Shown in pieces: positions 29,040 to 41,624 of a stretch of DNA of 64,000 bases. A program made the translations under genes and the position numbers. The notes beneath the pieces are model-generated. The model was given only the letters and a program-made list of their open reading frames with translations, was not told the origin of the DNA and searched no databases. The first letter of the stretch is position 1. The number at the start of each line of letters is the position of its first letter. Origin of the DNA: Marsupella aquatica (lineage: Eukaryota > Plantae > Marchantiophyta); the NCBI GenBank assembly GCA_973895155.1, contig OZ316893.1, positions 27,091,252 through 27,155,251 on the forward strand, read 5' to 3'.

Positions 29040-29410
29040 TGTGTGCACTTAACTCAGGGTGCCTTATGAATGACACTCATTTCAATAAAAACCATAAACT
29101 TAGGAAAGAAAAACATGAGGAGAACTTAAGAGGCTATGCATTCATGTTCTTCAACATCATTTCTCTCACTCGTGGTGGTGGAACCTTTGGTTTAATCTCT
29201 AAGAAACACATATTGTGAAAGGGGGGCTGCCAAAATAAGTTCAAAACACTCTAGAATACCTAAAACTAAAGGGGTCTAAAAATTAATTAAAAATGTATAG
29301 AATACAAAGGTTGCCCCTTGATAAGGCAGATTGAAATGAAAATACATGACACAAAAATCTGAATAAGACAAAATCTATAATGTGCATTCACCATATAGCA
29401 ACTTCAAAAA
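29040..29410 (+). repeat. Dispersed repeat, partner of 16485-16890
   Basis: Reverse-complement similarity at the anchors given for 16485-16890. Confidence 0.75.
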
Positions 29411-29929
29411 TTAATCTAGAATAACAGATTCTGTTTACGCCGCCTAGTCACTCCCCTCACATTGGTTATCCCAAACATAAATCTGGTCTTAAGTCTATGA
29501 GGCGACAGATTTGCTTTGGAGAGCACCGATCATACATGACCGCAAGTGACTATTAAGTGCTTCTGTATACATTTTTCTTTCATATTGAACGGCTACTATA
29601 TTGCTAGACGAAAAACATGTGCAACACATTTTGGTCTGGAAGGCACGGGTCACACATGAACTGAAATGTGGGACCTGCCAAAATTTATGTGGCATGTTCA
29701 TTACTCTCCACGTCGTGCTTTGGAAGGCACTGAATGTGGGACCTGCTTTCTTATATGGCACATTTCTTAGATACCCTAGGGTGAAAAAATGAATCCATTT
29801 ATTTGGTCTTAATCATGTATGTCGTACGATACGATAGAGTAGTGGCTATATTCTGGAATGTTTGCTTGGTTTCCAATTTTGTGGGGCATAGGTGGCACCT
29901 GTAGTGAGATTTGGAAACCTATGTATAGG

Positions 29930-31215
29930 CAGCAAAGGCATCTACTCTATAGGGACTCGCAATCAGCCCACTCCTGAATAGCTGGGCTTATGTAAAGTCT
30001 CACACAGGTAACCTACAGTCACACTATTTGCAAGCCGTCCTATGTAGCTTGACAACCTGCATATAATGGGGATAACTAATCTTATCTTAAATTCATGCAA
30101 AGGTATGTTGATTGGTAACATCCATTAAGAAATTTTGAGGTTAAGTTTGCTCATGTAACCCTCTGTTCGAACTTGAGAGTCTGTTCTTGTGGAGCACACT
30201 TAATTATCATTTTTCTTTAAGTACGTGGGACATTAGTCTGGAAACTCATGAAGAGTCAGCAAAGACATCTACTCAATATTCTCTAGCAACCAGACTTCTC
30301 CTGAATGGCTGGGCTTATGTAAAGTCTCCCTGAGGTAACATAAAGTCACACTTCAGTCTTTGCAAACAGTCGAATGTAGCTTGACAACATGCATATGATA
30401 GGGGATTGCTAATCTTAAATTAATGCAACCTTACGTTGATTGCTAACTTTGTTTGGAAATTTTAGGTTAAGTTTGCTCACGTGACCCTTTGTGAGAACTT
30501 GACAGTTTGTTCTCGTGGGGCACACTTAATTATGAAGTTAAGTAGGTGGGACATTTAGTGCGATTTGGTCCGGAAACTTGTGTATATAGTCAGCAAAGTT
30601 ATCTACGCAATAGGGTCTGCCAATCAGCCTACTGCTGAATAGCTGAGGTAACATAAAGTCTCCCCGAGGTAACACAAAGTCACACTTAAGTATTTGCAAA
30701 CAGTCGAATGTAGCTTGACAACATGCATATGGGAGGGGACTGCTAATCTTAAAACAATGCAAACTTCTACCTTGAAAGCTAGTCTAGTTTAAGGAACATT
30801 TAGGTTAATGTTTGCTCATGTAACCCTTTGTGCAAACTTTAGAGTTTGTTCGTGTGGAGCACACGTAATTATCAACTAATGCATAATTGGGATCTTCAGG
30901 GAGGTTTGGTCTGGAAACTTACGTATCGTCAGTAAAGACAAGTACTCAATAGGGTCCGGCAATCAGCCTACTCCTGATAGCTGGGCTTGTGTAAAGTCTC
31001 CCTAAGGTAACATAAAGTCACAGTATTTAAAAAGTATTCTCAGTATTTAAAAACAACAATGTAGCTTGACAAGATGCTTCTTATATGGTATTGCAACTCT
31101 TAATAGTGCAAACTTCTACCTTGTTGCAAATACAAATTAAGGAAACTTTAGGTTAATTGGCTTGTGTAACTCTTTGTGCAAACTTTAGAGTCTGTTTTGT
31201 GGAGCACACTTAATG
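29930..31215. repeat. 4 x ~330-bp tandem array
   Basis: Anchors caatcagcc..gctgggcttatgtaaagtctc..ggtaac..gtagcttgacaa..gtggagcacac recur near 29935, 30260, 30593 and 30930. Confidence 0.88.
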
Positions 31216-34200
31216 ATCATCTTCTGCAGCCATTTCACCTTGATAAAACACATTAAGACATGCATTTCTTGACTTGGATAGTAATCAGGATATCTATGGT
31301 TTTAAAGAGAACTTTGGAGGAGCATGATTGCCTTTGAGAACCCTTAACATTTCAGATTTCCAGGGTTCATGATAGTTGACATTTGAACTGGCTTTGCACA
31401 TTAGTATTGGGTATGGTCCACTGATCTTAAATGCAAGTAGTGAGCCCAAGAAAATGCTTATGCTGAGTAAATTTTGTCTAGAATTTTAGACCACTTCCAA
31501 ATGTGGTCTATACATTTCCTTCGTTTCACTAGAGTTTGGGTATGGAACCCTCTAGAACAAGAAGTGACACTCCCCATTACATTTCTATTGTGGACATTTG
31601 CTAGTTTTCACCTCTCTCAAAAGTCTTTGCCCATTATTGACAAAAATTAACTAGGTTTTTTGTTATCCTTGAGCCTTGGGAGATCTTACAGGCAAGAAAT
31701 TAGTCGAGCTAAATTAGATTTGGTATTAGCCACAATCCGGTGGTTATCCTTGAGCCTAGGGAGATCTTACAGGCAGAAATTAGTTCGAGCTAAAATAGAT
31801 TTGGAAGCATGGTCTTTTCCGCGAAAAAGAAAATAAATTAGAAGTGCCCCCACGTCGTATAAAGCCAGCCTGACGCCAAAGTGGTGGGTGTCCGAAACAT
31901 CCCAGCTGGCCAATTTTCCCATCTGTGCGTCGATGAATAGCGGTATGGCATGATTACGTCTCGCGGACCGTGGCACCGCTGGATTTGCCGCCCGACCGTT
32001 CCTCCGATGCGTTATTAAGTTAAGCCGTGATGGGGGCCTGACCGCACGCGGGCAGCGGGCAGAGGGCTGGCATTGAGAATGAAAATAATATACAGTCGGT
32101 CTTGAACTTACTCTTGCAGTCTTGAACTCGCTTTGTCGGCCAATTACGCCAGACCGTACGTCATGGCTTGCGAGGTCCGTCCGGCCTAGCCACTGGGCTG
32201 CCCACCTAGTCACCTACGGTCAGGGTGGTACGGCGAGTTTGGGCTCGTCGGTGGAGGGGGGCAGGGCAGGGCAGGGCTGATGGGAGCACGCAGACGGGGT
32301 AGCCATGAGTCTAATTGAATGGGGGCATGACGCCGTGTGGGGGCTACATGGAGTCTGGGCCTGGCACGGCTTGCCGCTCCGCGTGCTACCTGCCCGTCCT
32401 GCCGTGCCACGCTCGCCCTGCCCGGTGATGAAAATTAGGGAGTGTAGAAGAGAATCTCAACTTTTACTGCAAAAGCCGTCCTATAAGTGACTGTTACTGT
32501 TGACTGAACCTAGTAACTAAAATGCGCAAAGTCATGTCCAATCCTTAAAGTTATAAGTATATACAGGTGTGAGATTTTTCAAGTAGGGAGCTTGGTGACT
32601 AGATTGCATTTGTGAGGCAACTACCTTGACTGCCCGAGTTTGCTCAGGCCCACCATTGCCTTCCCCACCCATTTCCTCACCCAGGAACTTTCTGCCGCCC
32701 ACGAGTCTTGGTCTAGAGGTTTCATTCTAGAGCATTGGCTCCAGAGTGTAACTTTCGATCTCAAATTATTAGTTAGATACAGCTTTCCATCGGCGTCACT
32801 GGCACATGGCCTGCAATTCTGCCTAAACTGAAGGTGATATTCAATTTACTCAGTTTGTATTGAACGTGCTCCTGCTATCCAGCCTAGAGCCTCTAAGTAT
32901 TATACAAGGCCTTGCTGTAGGAATAGCTCATTACCTTATAGGTGGAATTGCTACACAAGTCTAGCAATATTAATATCTCAATGGGGAACAGAACCACTTC
33001 TAAGTTATTTGGGTTCTTTTCAAACAGAAGGTTTAAAATACATCTATTGCCGGGTTGAGGGATGAGCTGAAAATGCGTAGTGTTCTGTACATTTCGAAAT
33101 GCCGTTTAGTCTGCTGGCATTGTACATGGGGGTGAGACTGGAGGGGAAACTTGTTTTTGCATTGGAGGTCACAAAACATGTTTCACCTTTAGTTCTGCTC
33201 AACTCGCACTCAGGAGGGTTTGGTGTCTCACATTCCCGGTGTCCCAGGGCTCTGGTGGGCACGGCGCATCTCACTCTGAGTTTGTTCAGAATTCTCATTT
33301 GCTAGGGGAGATCCTTTGACCCCAAAAGTGGTTCCGTCTGTATGATTTGCCTTTAAAGTTTACAGAGAACTCTAATATAGAGTTTTGAGTTTCTACTGGA
33401 TTTGGTTATGGAAGAGGGCTAAACATAATGCCATGTTGTGGCAACAGCATGTCTACCTGCATATGGGGGGAGACTATGGGATACCATTTGGATAATGATG
33501 AGAAGACATCCTTAGATGTACGTTAATAATGTCTGCTCATGGCCAGAATTGAGCAACACTGATATAATAGTGTTGACTGACATACTCTCACAAATTTGTT
33601 CTAACCCCGAGCCCCGAGCTATTAGGTGCTATGGATTAGTTCCCAAGTTAGCTGGAGGGTGTAACCTCAGTCTGGCAGCAATGACCCAACAATCCTGAGA
33701 ATATCCTCAACTTAGTGCAACAATAAGGAAGGAGGCATGCTGTCATTTCTGACAAAACAATTTGTTTTGGATGTTTGTAGTACTAAGTCAGGTGTCCATT
33801 GTAGTAACCAACAAAGCCCACTCAGTGCCTAGAAATCCAATATCATTATAGAGAATGGATTGTACCTTACTTTTTTGCATTTTAGTTACTGGTTCTGTCA
33901 ACACCCACATATAGTAAGACTTCGCAGTAAGGGTTGGAGATGCACATAGCACACTTTTTAATAAATCTATGAATTCACAAAAATCTTTATTTTCAGGACT
34001 AATTGTTGATTGCAGTGACGTCTGATAGCAGATGACGAGACAAGTGTCGTATGCGAGAATACCCTAGGCCAGAGATCATGGCGTTGTGAGTGAAGGGGGG
34101 GGGGGGGGGGGGGGATGAGACCATAATGTGACATTCCAAAATGGTGAGCTGGCCGTCTGGAAAATGTGAAATAAATTAAATTACACAAACCAGAGCCTGA

Positions 34201-34519
34201 AAATTTTCATATGGAGCTCAATGCTCCTGAAAAGGGTGTTTTCTTCCCACACATTCTGGAACACATGTTTTTGGCTAGGTATTGGCAAAATACAGGAAAA
34301 ATAAGACAGAGAAGCTCTTTGGTTGAGAGAAATTTAAATGACCACTTGCACAAGGTAAGATTGCAAAATTGAAAGCAAGTAAATATAACTTTTCACAATC
34401 AAAATTCGCAAACTTACTCTAGTTACTGCTGTGGTGGTCTCAACTCGGGTTCAGTAAATTCTCACTCTTGGGAGCCAGGCTTTTGATTCGGGCTGATAAT
34501 AATCTCAACATCACTACAG

Positions 34520-37500
34520 TAAGATTTGGGACAGCACAAGCGCAACAGTGGTGCGTTTGCCAAAACTTGTGTTGCCACTGCGAATGTGTGAAATTAAATG
34601 CATCATAGTGGAAAAGCATGGAGGATGGATAGAATGATCACGCGTAAATTGGGGGATCGTGCTTGTTCTCGATCCAACGCACGAGATCCTCTCTCCATAT
34701 ACTGTACCATACTAGGCCAGGCCGGTGAATGTGAAAGAGGAGCATTTGGGTTCACAGCCTGTACTGAAGATATAATCTGGCCATCAATAGAAGCGTGGAA
34801 AGACAACTGTAGGTCATGTGAGGGAATGGGGGATTTGTCAAACTGCAGATTTTGTACTCGAGATATAATTATTTGGACCGGCCATCAATAGAAATGTGGA
34901 AAGACTACAGTTGGTCATGCGAGTGAATTGAAAACTTGTCAAACGCAAATTTAGGAGCAAATGGTAATGTATCAATGTTTTCGAATTGATGAATTTTGTC
35001 AACATGTCGTGAGCTTTCTAGCTCGTAGTCATAGATTTTCAGTGAAGTTTTCTTGCTTCTTGCCTGGACTCATGGGCTTGCTACATGATTGGATATAGTG
35101 TTGCCTCCTTGTCATGACGATTACTCCTGTCAGTTCACTTAGGGTCAAAGGACATTGTTCAGTGGTAGCTCTAAGTAATTTGCATACAACAGAGGGCAAC
35201 TGTGTTAATTTCGACATGAGTGTGCCTATGTTGAGATACATCAAGCGCAAGACTTTGAACATCTGCAATCGTTTGTGCGACTGGGTCGAAGGACAAAGTT
35301 CATTGGTAGGTTCCGTAATTGCATATAGCTGAACCAGGCGTTTACATCATTTTCGACATTATGGAGCTCATATTTATGTAATAGAGCTCAAGCGCGACAT
35401 TTGAATATCTGGGATGGTTTGTCCTGCTTGTAAAGTGACTGGTTTGATTGTAAACAAGTTGACATATTGGATGTTTACACCGGATCAGCCTACCAGTACT
35501 CTACACAGGATCTTTTGTTGTTCATATTGGAGCCTGCAGATCTGTTTCATTTCATGATTATTTGCAGGCAGACAACCAGCCACTAAAATCAAGTTGTACT
35601 TGTTGAAGAATCGCCCCGATGAGATACGAATTATGTTGACACCACTGTTTTTCGTCGTAGACTTACATCGTATCAGCAGTAAGTCATATGTTTACTTCAC
35701 AACAGATGTGTTTGATATGGTTTGATGATATATAGCTGTTGCTGTACGATGGGAAATCCCATTCGAAGCTTGCTGCTCCATTGCTTACCCGTTGGGCGTC
35801 CCATTCGTCGTAGGAGAAGCTGTTAACAGAGTTTCGCGTTCGGTGGGGAGAGCCGCTGCAAACCCATCTCATAGCCCCTTTTAGACTGTAGTGAGGTTAT
35901 CGGCTGTTTTGCAAAGCATTGTTCGGTTCCCAAGAAGCTCAGACTTGCTGACATTCTTGATCCACCTAAATCCGGAATTGATAGTGCTGCTATTCCTGTC
36001 AGGTACAATCACGTGGAAATTGGGTCCTAAGGGATGCAGACTAGGTCCTAAGGGATGCAGACTAGGTCCCACTTTGCTGAAGGTAGAGAAATACGAGGGG
36101 GAATTAAATGGATGAAAATGCGTTCCTGCTCGCTGATCATGTAAACTTTAACAAAATTGAATGATGATAGTCAGTAGATTTGGTTGAGACGGTATGGTAA
36201 CTTGTTGAATCTTCAGCACCACAATAATTTTTCTTATCATACAGCTGGAAGAAGGGAGGTAGAAACCACCACTTCAATACAGATCAAGACTTGACTGTAC
36301 TCCAAATTGAGAATTTACGTTTTATTAAGGGTTGAATGTGCTGAAATATGCATAAGCGGAGTTGGAATCGCCCCTTTCTACATATCGTGTTCCTCAAAGG
36401 AAGGAGACAGATGGTAGAAGTAGGGAGCAATTTTGAGCAGCATTATTCACTGCAATGGATAAGACTAGATTGGGCAAGTACACTATCCGATGGACAAAAT
36501 TGAGACTCTTAACTCAAGTTCCGAGTCATTTGAGGTTTTCATCGCAGTTCAATTGGAACAAAACCCTGAACCTTGGAACCTTAAACCTTGCTCAGAGGAG
36601 ATAAAGATAAGGTTAGATCGCAGTGGTCTGCCCACATCATCAGGTCTGCTCAATAACGACTAGAGCGATGAAAGCAAATCGCAAAAGAATAGGACAGGAC
36701 ATAGACCACAGAGATCCAACAAAACTTACCCTAGCATGATTTCTGATAAATGGGAGCTCTTCTGTACATCCCGGCAAACTTCAAAGTCGGGAGAACAATT
36801 CACTGACAAGAAACCGACTCATATTCGGGCTTCCCACAAGTGGTACATCTTCCTCCACTATTGAAGGAGGGAAGCACAACTAAGGAACAACGATATCATC
36901 ACATGAGAGCAAGTTGATTAACCTCAAACGACATCATCAACATACTTCCGCTCTAAATAAGATTCCATTCCATCATACCAAATGACTCGACCACGAGACG
37001 TGTATGCATACGTGAGGGGAAATGAGGACTCGAACTAATGCAAGGAATCGCTCCTGCATTCAGAAAAACCTTGCCGTCAGCCACGACATATAAAATCCCG
37101 GACATTCTATGATCCCATAAGATGAAACTCACATCCATGAAGGTGCCTTACGACGGACCTAAGCTTCCCTGAGCCCATATTACATCTAACCTTCATCCAT
37201 GCTCAATCTTAATAGAATACTCCTTGACGGATAGTCGAGTATCCAATTGACTTAAATGCCATTTGATAATTAATGAAAATTTGAAGGGAATTTTGGTAGG
37301 TTTCCTTGGCCACCGACAAAGCTGAGGGTGTCTCATACTAGCAAAACAGGAGAAAATGTCAAAACCAGCAATGACTGGCAAGAATCTCCGAGTCTTCATA
37401 AATGTAGTGCCCGACAGAAAGTTTAAAGTATTTCATATCAGAAAAAAAGTTCGTAATTCAGTTAACAGGAGGGTATTTGTCATTTCATTTCACACGAGAA

Positions 37501-38481
37501 TCCAGAAATCTGTCAATTCAGTTAGAGGGGATTCATCAGTTTCGCGGATGACAGTGTTTTACTGCACTGCATCGCAAGACCAAACAGAACGGAACAGATG
37601 CTTCACTGGATAATTAGAAAACGGACCAGCAATTGTGGCATTAGCACAGTTGTCTGCCGATCACTGTCGTCCGAATTGATGTTCGACACTCTGCCTATCA
37701 ACGGAACCAACGTGCTTTCCATTCCGGTAAACGAGGTCATCTCTGGGAGACTTCAAATACATGTGGACATCGTTCACAAGCTCATCGACAGCTTTATGCG
37801 GCTCAAAGGCATGGAAACCTACAGTACACAAGAAACTGGGGTTTAGCACCTTGCGACATACGCTGTGGTAAAAAATGAACCCATGACAAAACGTCAGTTG
37901 TTCTCTAAGGGGTGGTCACTATCTTTCCGTCTCGTGTTGGTGGGTTTAGAGAGCATGCACCTTGTGCCGCCACCATCGCAGAGATCCACAATTTGATGTG
38001 TACTATAGTGCACTACTAAAATTGAAGCAAGAAATGAGACATGAAAAAAAAACCAAACAGGGTTTGGCCTTAACATACCGTTCAGTCATTCCCTTCCCAG
38101 CCATTTTTGAACTTTGCTAATGAAAATGAGCAAAGGGTGCTCTCGGACTCACATGTTGGAAGCAATCCGCCAAATCTTCTGGGGAGTGTACACGATGGGC
38201 ACACGTAGAGAAACAACATTTGCCCATCAGCGATGTGATTCCAGCAGACGGCTACAGGTGATTTAGGCGAGGAACCTCCCGTGACTTCTCCAACACACTG
38301 CCCAGTCCGCGAGTCGCCTCCAGTTGGCATGTTCTGACCCACCAATGACATCCTCACCGCCAAGGTCTCCCGCTTTGAAGAAACCTTTCTCGTGCTACTG
38401 CTGCACCCATCGGATCCTTCAAGTTGTCCAATTTCTTGGATTCCTCGGGCATGGAGTTGTTCCGAAGAATCGAATCCGCTT
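34520..38481 (+). repeat. Segmental tandem duplication, copy 1 (block A 34520-35464, block B ~35690-38481)
   Basis: Collinear, visibly diverged match to 40025-42006 (shared taagatttgggacagcacaagcgca) and ~45901-49132 (shared tgggaaatcccattcgaagcttgctgctcc ... ggatccttcaagttgtccaatttcttggattcctcgggcatggag). Confidence 0.9.
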
Positions 38482-38569
38482 ATCCGCTTATCCAGAATCC
38501 TATCGTACCAGGCTCGTCATCTTTAAACTATCAGTCCGGCTCTGAACGAACAGTGGCGCAATTCAGAAG

Positions 38570-39169
38570 TTAACCCTCGAATCCGAATCCAACACCAACC
38601 GCTTTTCTGAGTGTAATCCTTAGTCGAATTTCGTCCATGTTATTGATCGGCCACTCAAGGGCATTAAGGATACATTGACATGCTCTTGGGTCCAATGCAC
38701 TCAGCTCGTGCACGGTTCGAGGAAAATTGGGAATGTCAGCATTGATTTCAAGATAGCGAGTGGGATCTGAAATGAGAGAGTGCAAGGGATGGAGTGCATC
38801 TGTCAGCTTTATCGCACTTTGGTTGAAAAATCTGGCAGTGGAGTTTCTTTCTCTTGCCTCCATCCTGCTCAATCGCACGTCTCTGGCATGCTCTCTGGCC
38901 CGCTCTCTGGCCCGCTCTCTGGTCTCTCTTGCCTCTCTAGCCTGCTCTCTCATCACCATCCTATCCAATTTTGCTTCGATGCGTGTTGTTGCAGCTTGAA
39001 CTTCTAGTGCTGGATAGTTCAGACATTTTGAGAGCTCATCACTAATAATCGCCATACCTCGTTGAAGTTCCAACACATTGGGGAGATCTCCTCCTCTTCC
39101 TGGTCTTCCTCGAGCTCCTCGTAGTGGGGCAACCCTCCGTCGAAGCGGTTCATTATCATCCGGATCCAT
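38570..39169 (-). CDS. Intronless 199-aa protein resembling fungal Mug135-like/DUF1773 coiled-coil proteins
   Basis: Intact ATG-to-TAA ORF, the longest outside the spliced genes. Pattern: LPN..LSKCLNYPA, then an R/E-rich coil, then NSTARFFN..LHPL..IPNFPRT..LSAL..ILNALEWP..LRKAVG. I recognise this from small ascomycete proteins, without a database search. Confidence 0.7.
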   Translation of the reverse strand: MDPDDNEPLRRRVAPLRGARGRPGRGGDLPNVLELQRGMAIISDELSKCLNYPALEVQAATTRIEAKLDRMVMREQAREARETRERARERAREHARDVRLSRMEARERNSTARFFNQSAIKLTDALHPLHSLISDPTRYLEINADIPNFPRTVHELSALDPRACQCILNALEWPINNMDEIRLRITLRKAVGVGFGFEG

Positions 39170-40700
39170 TCCACACTGCTGTCAGTCAGGTCTATACGAT
39201 GCTATACTACAGTGCGCAAAGGATAATCAGGGCGCCTATCTTTTGAAGAGTGCTTCCATCTTCTCTTGAAGCCCAGATAGGAATAGCGTTCCGTCACACT
39301 CGGTGGGAGGGAATGTGAGGTAAAGGGTGTATGGAACTTGGGGGTTTTTTCAACTTGGTGGAATGTAACTCTATCGGTTTTTAACCTGCTAGTTGACACT
39401 TCTTTGACATTGCCTCGTGTTGTTCGCGGTAATATTTTGAATTCAGTGGTAATACTCGAGCATCGGGAGCTCTTGTCCCGTATTAACAGTTCCATTAAGT
39501 AGTTAACCGGTTTCTGTCCCTTCTCAACAGCTAGTCTGGCTTTACTTAGGGTAATCATGTTATTTACACACACCCTACTGTGGCCAGTAGCTCCACAACT
39601 TGTGCTCCGCTACAGCATAGAACTCAACGTTTTGCAAGGATTTTCATCCATTTTTTGAATTTGTTGCGTTTTCTCCACAGGCAAATGACGTTACACCCGA
39701 AGCTATAATCAACATCTGTCGAGTCGATACGTACCGAAGGATTTTGACAAGCTTCGCCACAACCCCACAAGGAAAGCACCTGGGGGGACGAAGGAGTGCA
39801 CGACCACCTGAGGCCGCGGTGGCAAGAGTCTTGAGAAGGATCGTCCTTTTTTTAACGCATCCGGAAATTCGCTGACAGATGTGGATTGAGGGATTGCAGT
39901 CAAAATTCAGTGTAGTTGTGAACGACAGAACAACATCCATCGACTCTTCATCTCAATTCACTCCCACGACAAAGAGAGGGTGATCTGGTGGAACCTTGCA
40001 ATCCTCGCATACCTTCATGTTGAATAAGATTTGGGACAGCACAAGCGCAATAGTGGTGGGTTTGCCAAAACTTGTGTTGCCACTTCGAATGTGTGAAATT
40101 AAATGCATCGTAGTGGAGAAGCATGGAGGATGGAGAGAATGTTCTCGATCCAATGCACGAGATACTCTTCCCACGTACTGTACCATACTAGGCCAGGCCG
40201 GTGAAAGAGTATCACTCGGTTTCACAGCCTGTACTCAACATATAATCTGGCCATCAATAGAAGCATGGGCAGTCTTCAAACTTCAGAAATGGGATACCAT
40301 CGAGAGAAATGGGGGTTGTAGGGAAACAACAAAGCAACCAACTTGTCAATTTAAGTCTCGAGGACATTCGTGCAGCAAATAAAGCTTTGGTAGAGCGCAT
40401 CCGTGCAGGTTTGGAAGACTACTGTAGGTCATGTGAGGGAATGGGGGATTTGTCAACAGACTGCAGATTTTGTACTCGAAATATAATTATTTGGACCGGC
40501 CATCAATAGAAATGTGGAAAGACTAAAGTTGGTCATGCAAGGGAATGGGGGATTTGTCAAATGCAAACCTACGAGCAAATTGTGATGTTTCAATGTTGTC
40601 GAATTGATGGCTTTTGTCATCATGTTGTGGCTTTCTAGCACTTAACAATTTTCAGTGAAGTTTTCTTGCTTCTTGCCCTGGACTCATGAGCTTGCTACAT

Positions 40701-41624
40701 CCCAAAACTATAATAAGACGTTGCGCACTTTTTTGCAGTGGTTGTCGTTCAAAAATGCTGAGCCGTTTTGCGTGGGAAAAAAATAAACTGGGAAAACGAA
40801 GCGAATTAAAAACATGTCGTGGCGAGAAAAGATTTTGGCGTATGGAGGCCGCGGCGACCAAGCGCGGGCCTCCCGACTCGCTCCCGACTCCCCGCTCAGT
40901 CCGCTTCACTCGCGACCTCCCTCACCCCGACTCCCTCGGGACTCGATGAGCCCTCGCAGGCCCGACAACTTGCAAGGGAGTCAGGCCAGGCAAGTCCCTC
41001 CCTCCCAGGCCCTTGCAAGCGCGATGACTCATGAGGGAGTCAGGCCAAGGGACGATTTCCCGACCCACCCTTGCCCCGAATGACGCTCCCATGCCTCGCA
41101 TCAGCTGACCCCTTGCCCTTGTTACGCCCTCACGGTCTCGCTCCCCTTGCCTCTCGACTGCCCTCGCCTGGACACTCCCGATTGGCTCCCCTCGACGACC
41201 TCTTCGCCGACATGACATCTTGGCCGACACGAGTTCTTTTCTCTCAACGACCTCTTGGCTGAAAAACATTTTTTTCTCCACGATCTCTTGGCCGACACGA
41301 CATCTTTTTTTCCACGACCTCTTGGCCGACACGACATCTTTTCTCTCAACAACCTCTTGGCCGACACAACATCTTGGCTGACACAACATCCTTTTTCTTA
41401 GTGACCTCTTGGGCGACACGACATTATTTTTCTCCACGGCCTCTTGGCCCACACGACATGTTTTTCTCCACAACCTTTTGGCCGACACGACATCCTTTTT
41501 CTCAACAACCTCTTGGCCGACACGAGTTCTTTTCTCTCAACGACCTCTTGGCTGACACGACATCTTTTCTCTCAACGGACTCTTGGACGACTCAACGTCT
41601 TTTGTGCAACACACGGGTATTGGG
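40701..41624. mobile_element. Non-autonomous TIR element (CMC/CACTA-like) with ~13 subterminal ~35-bp repeats
   Basis: Absent from the paralogous site in copy 1 (cttgctacat..ttggatata near 35080-35100). Termini CCCAAAAC / GTATTGGG. Array tcttggccgacacgacatcttttctctcaacgacc at 41200-41610, with an inverted related motif near 40810-40832. No clear TSD. Confidence 0.6.

Noticed and set aside
40922-41488. 188-aa minus-strand ORF
   Set aside because: Artefact of the 35-bp array and GC-rich element core.
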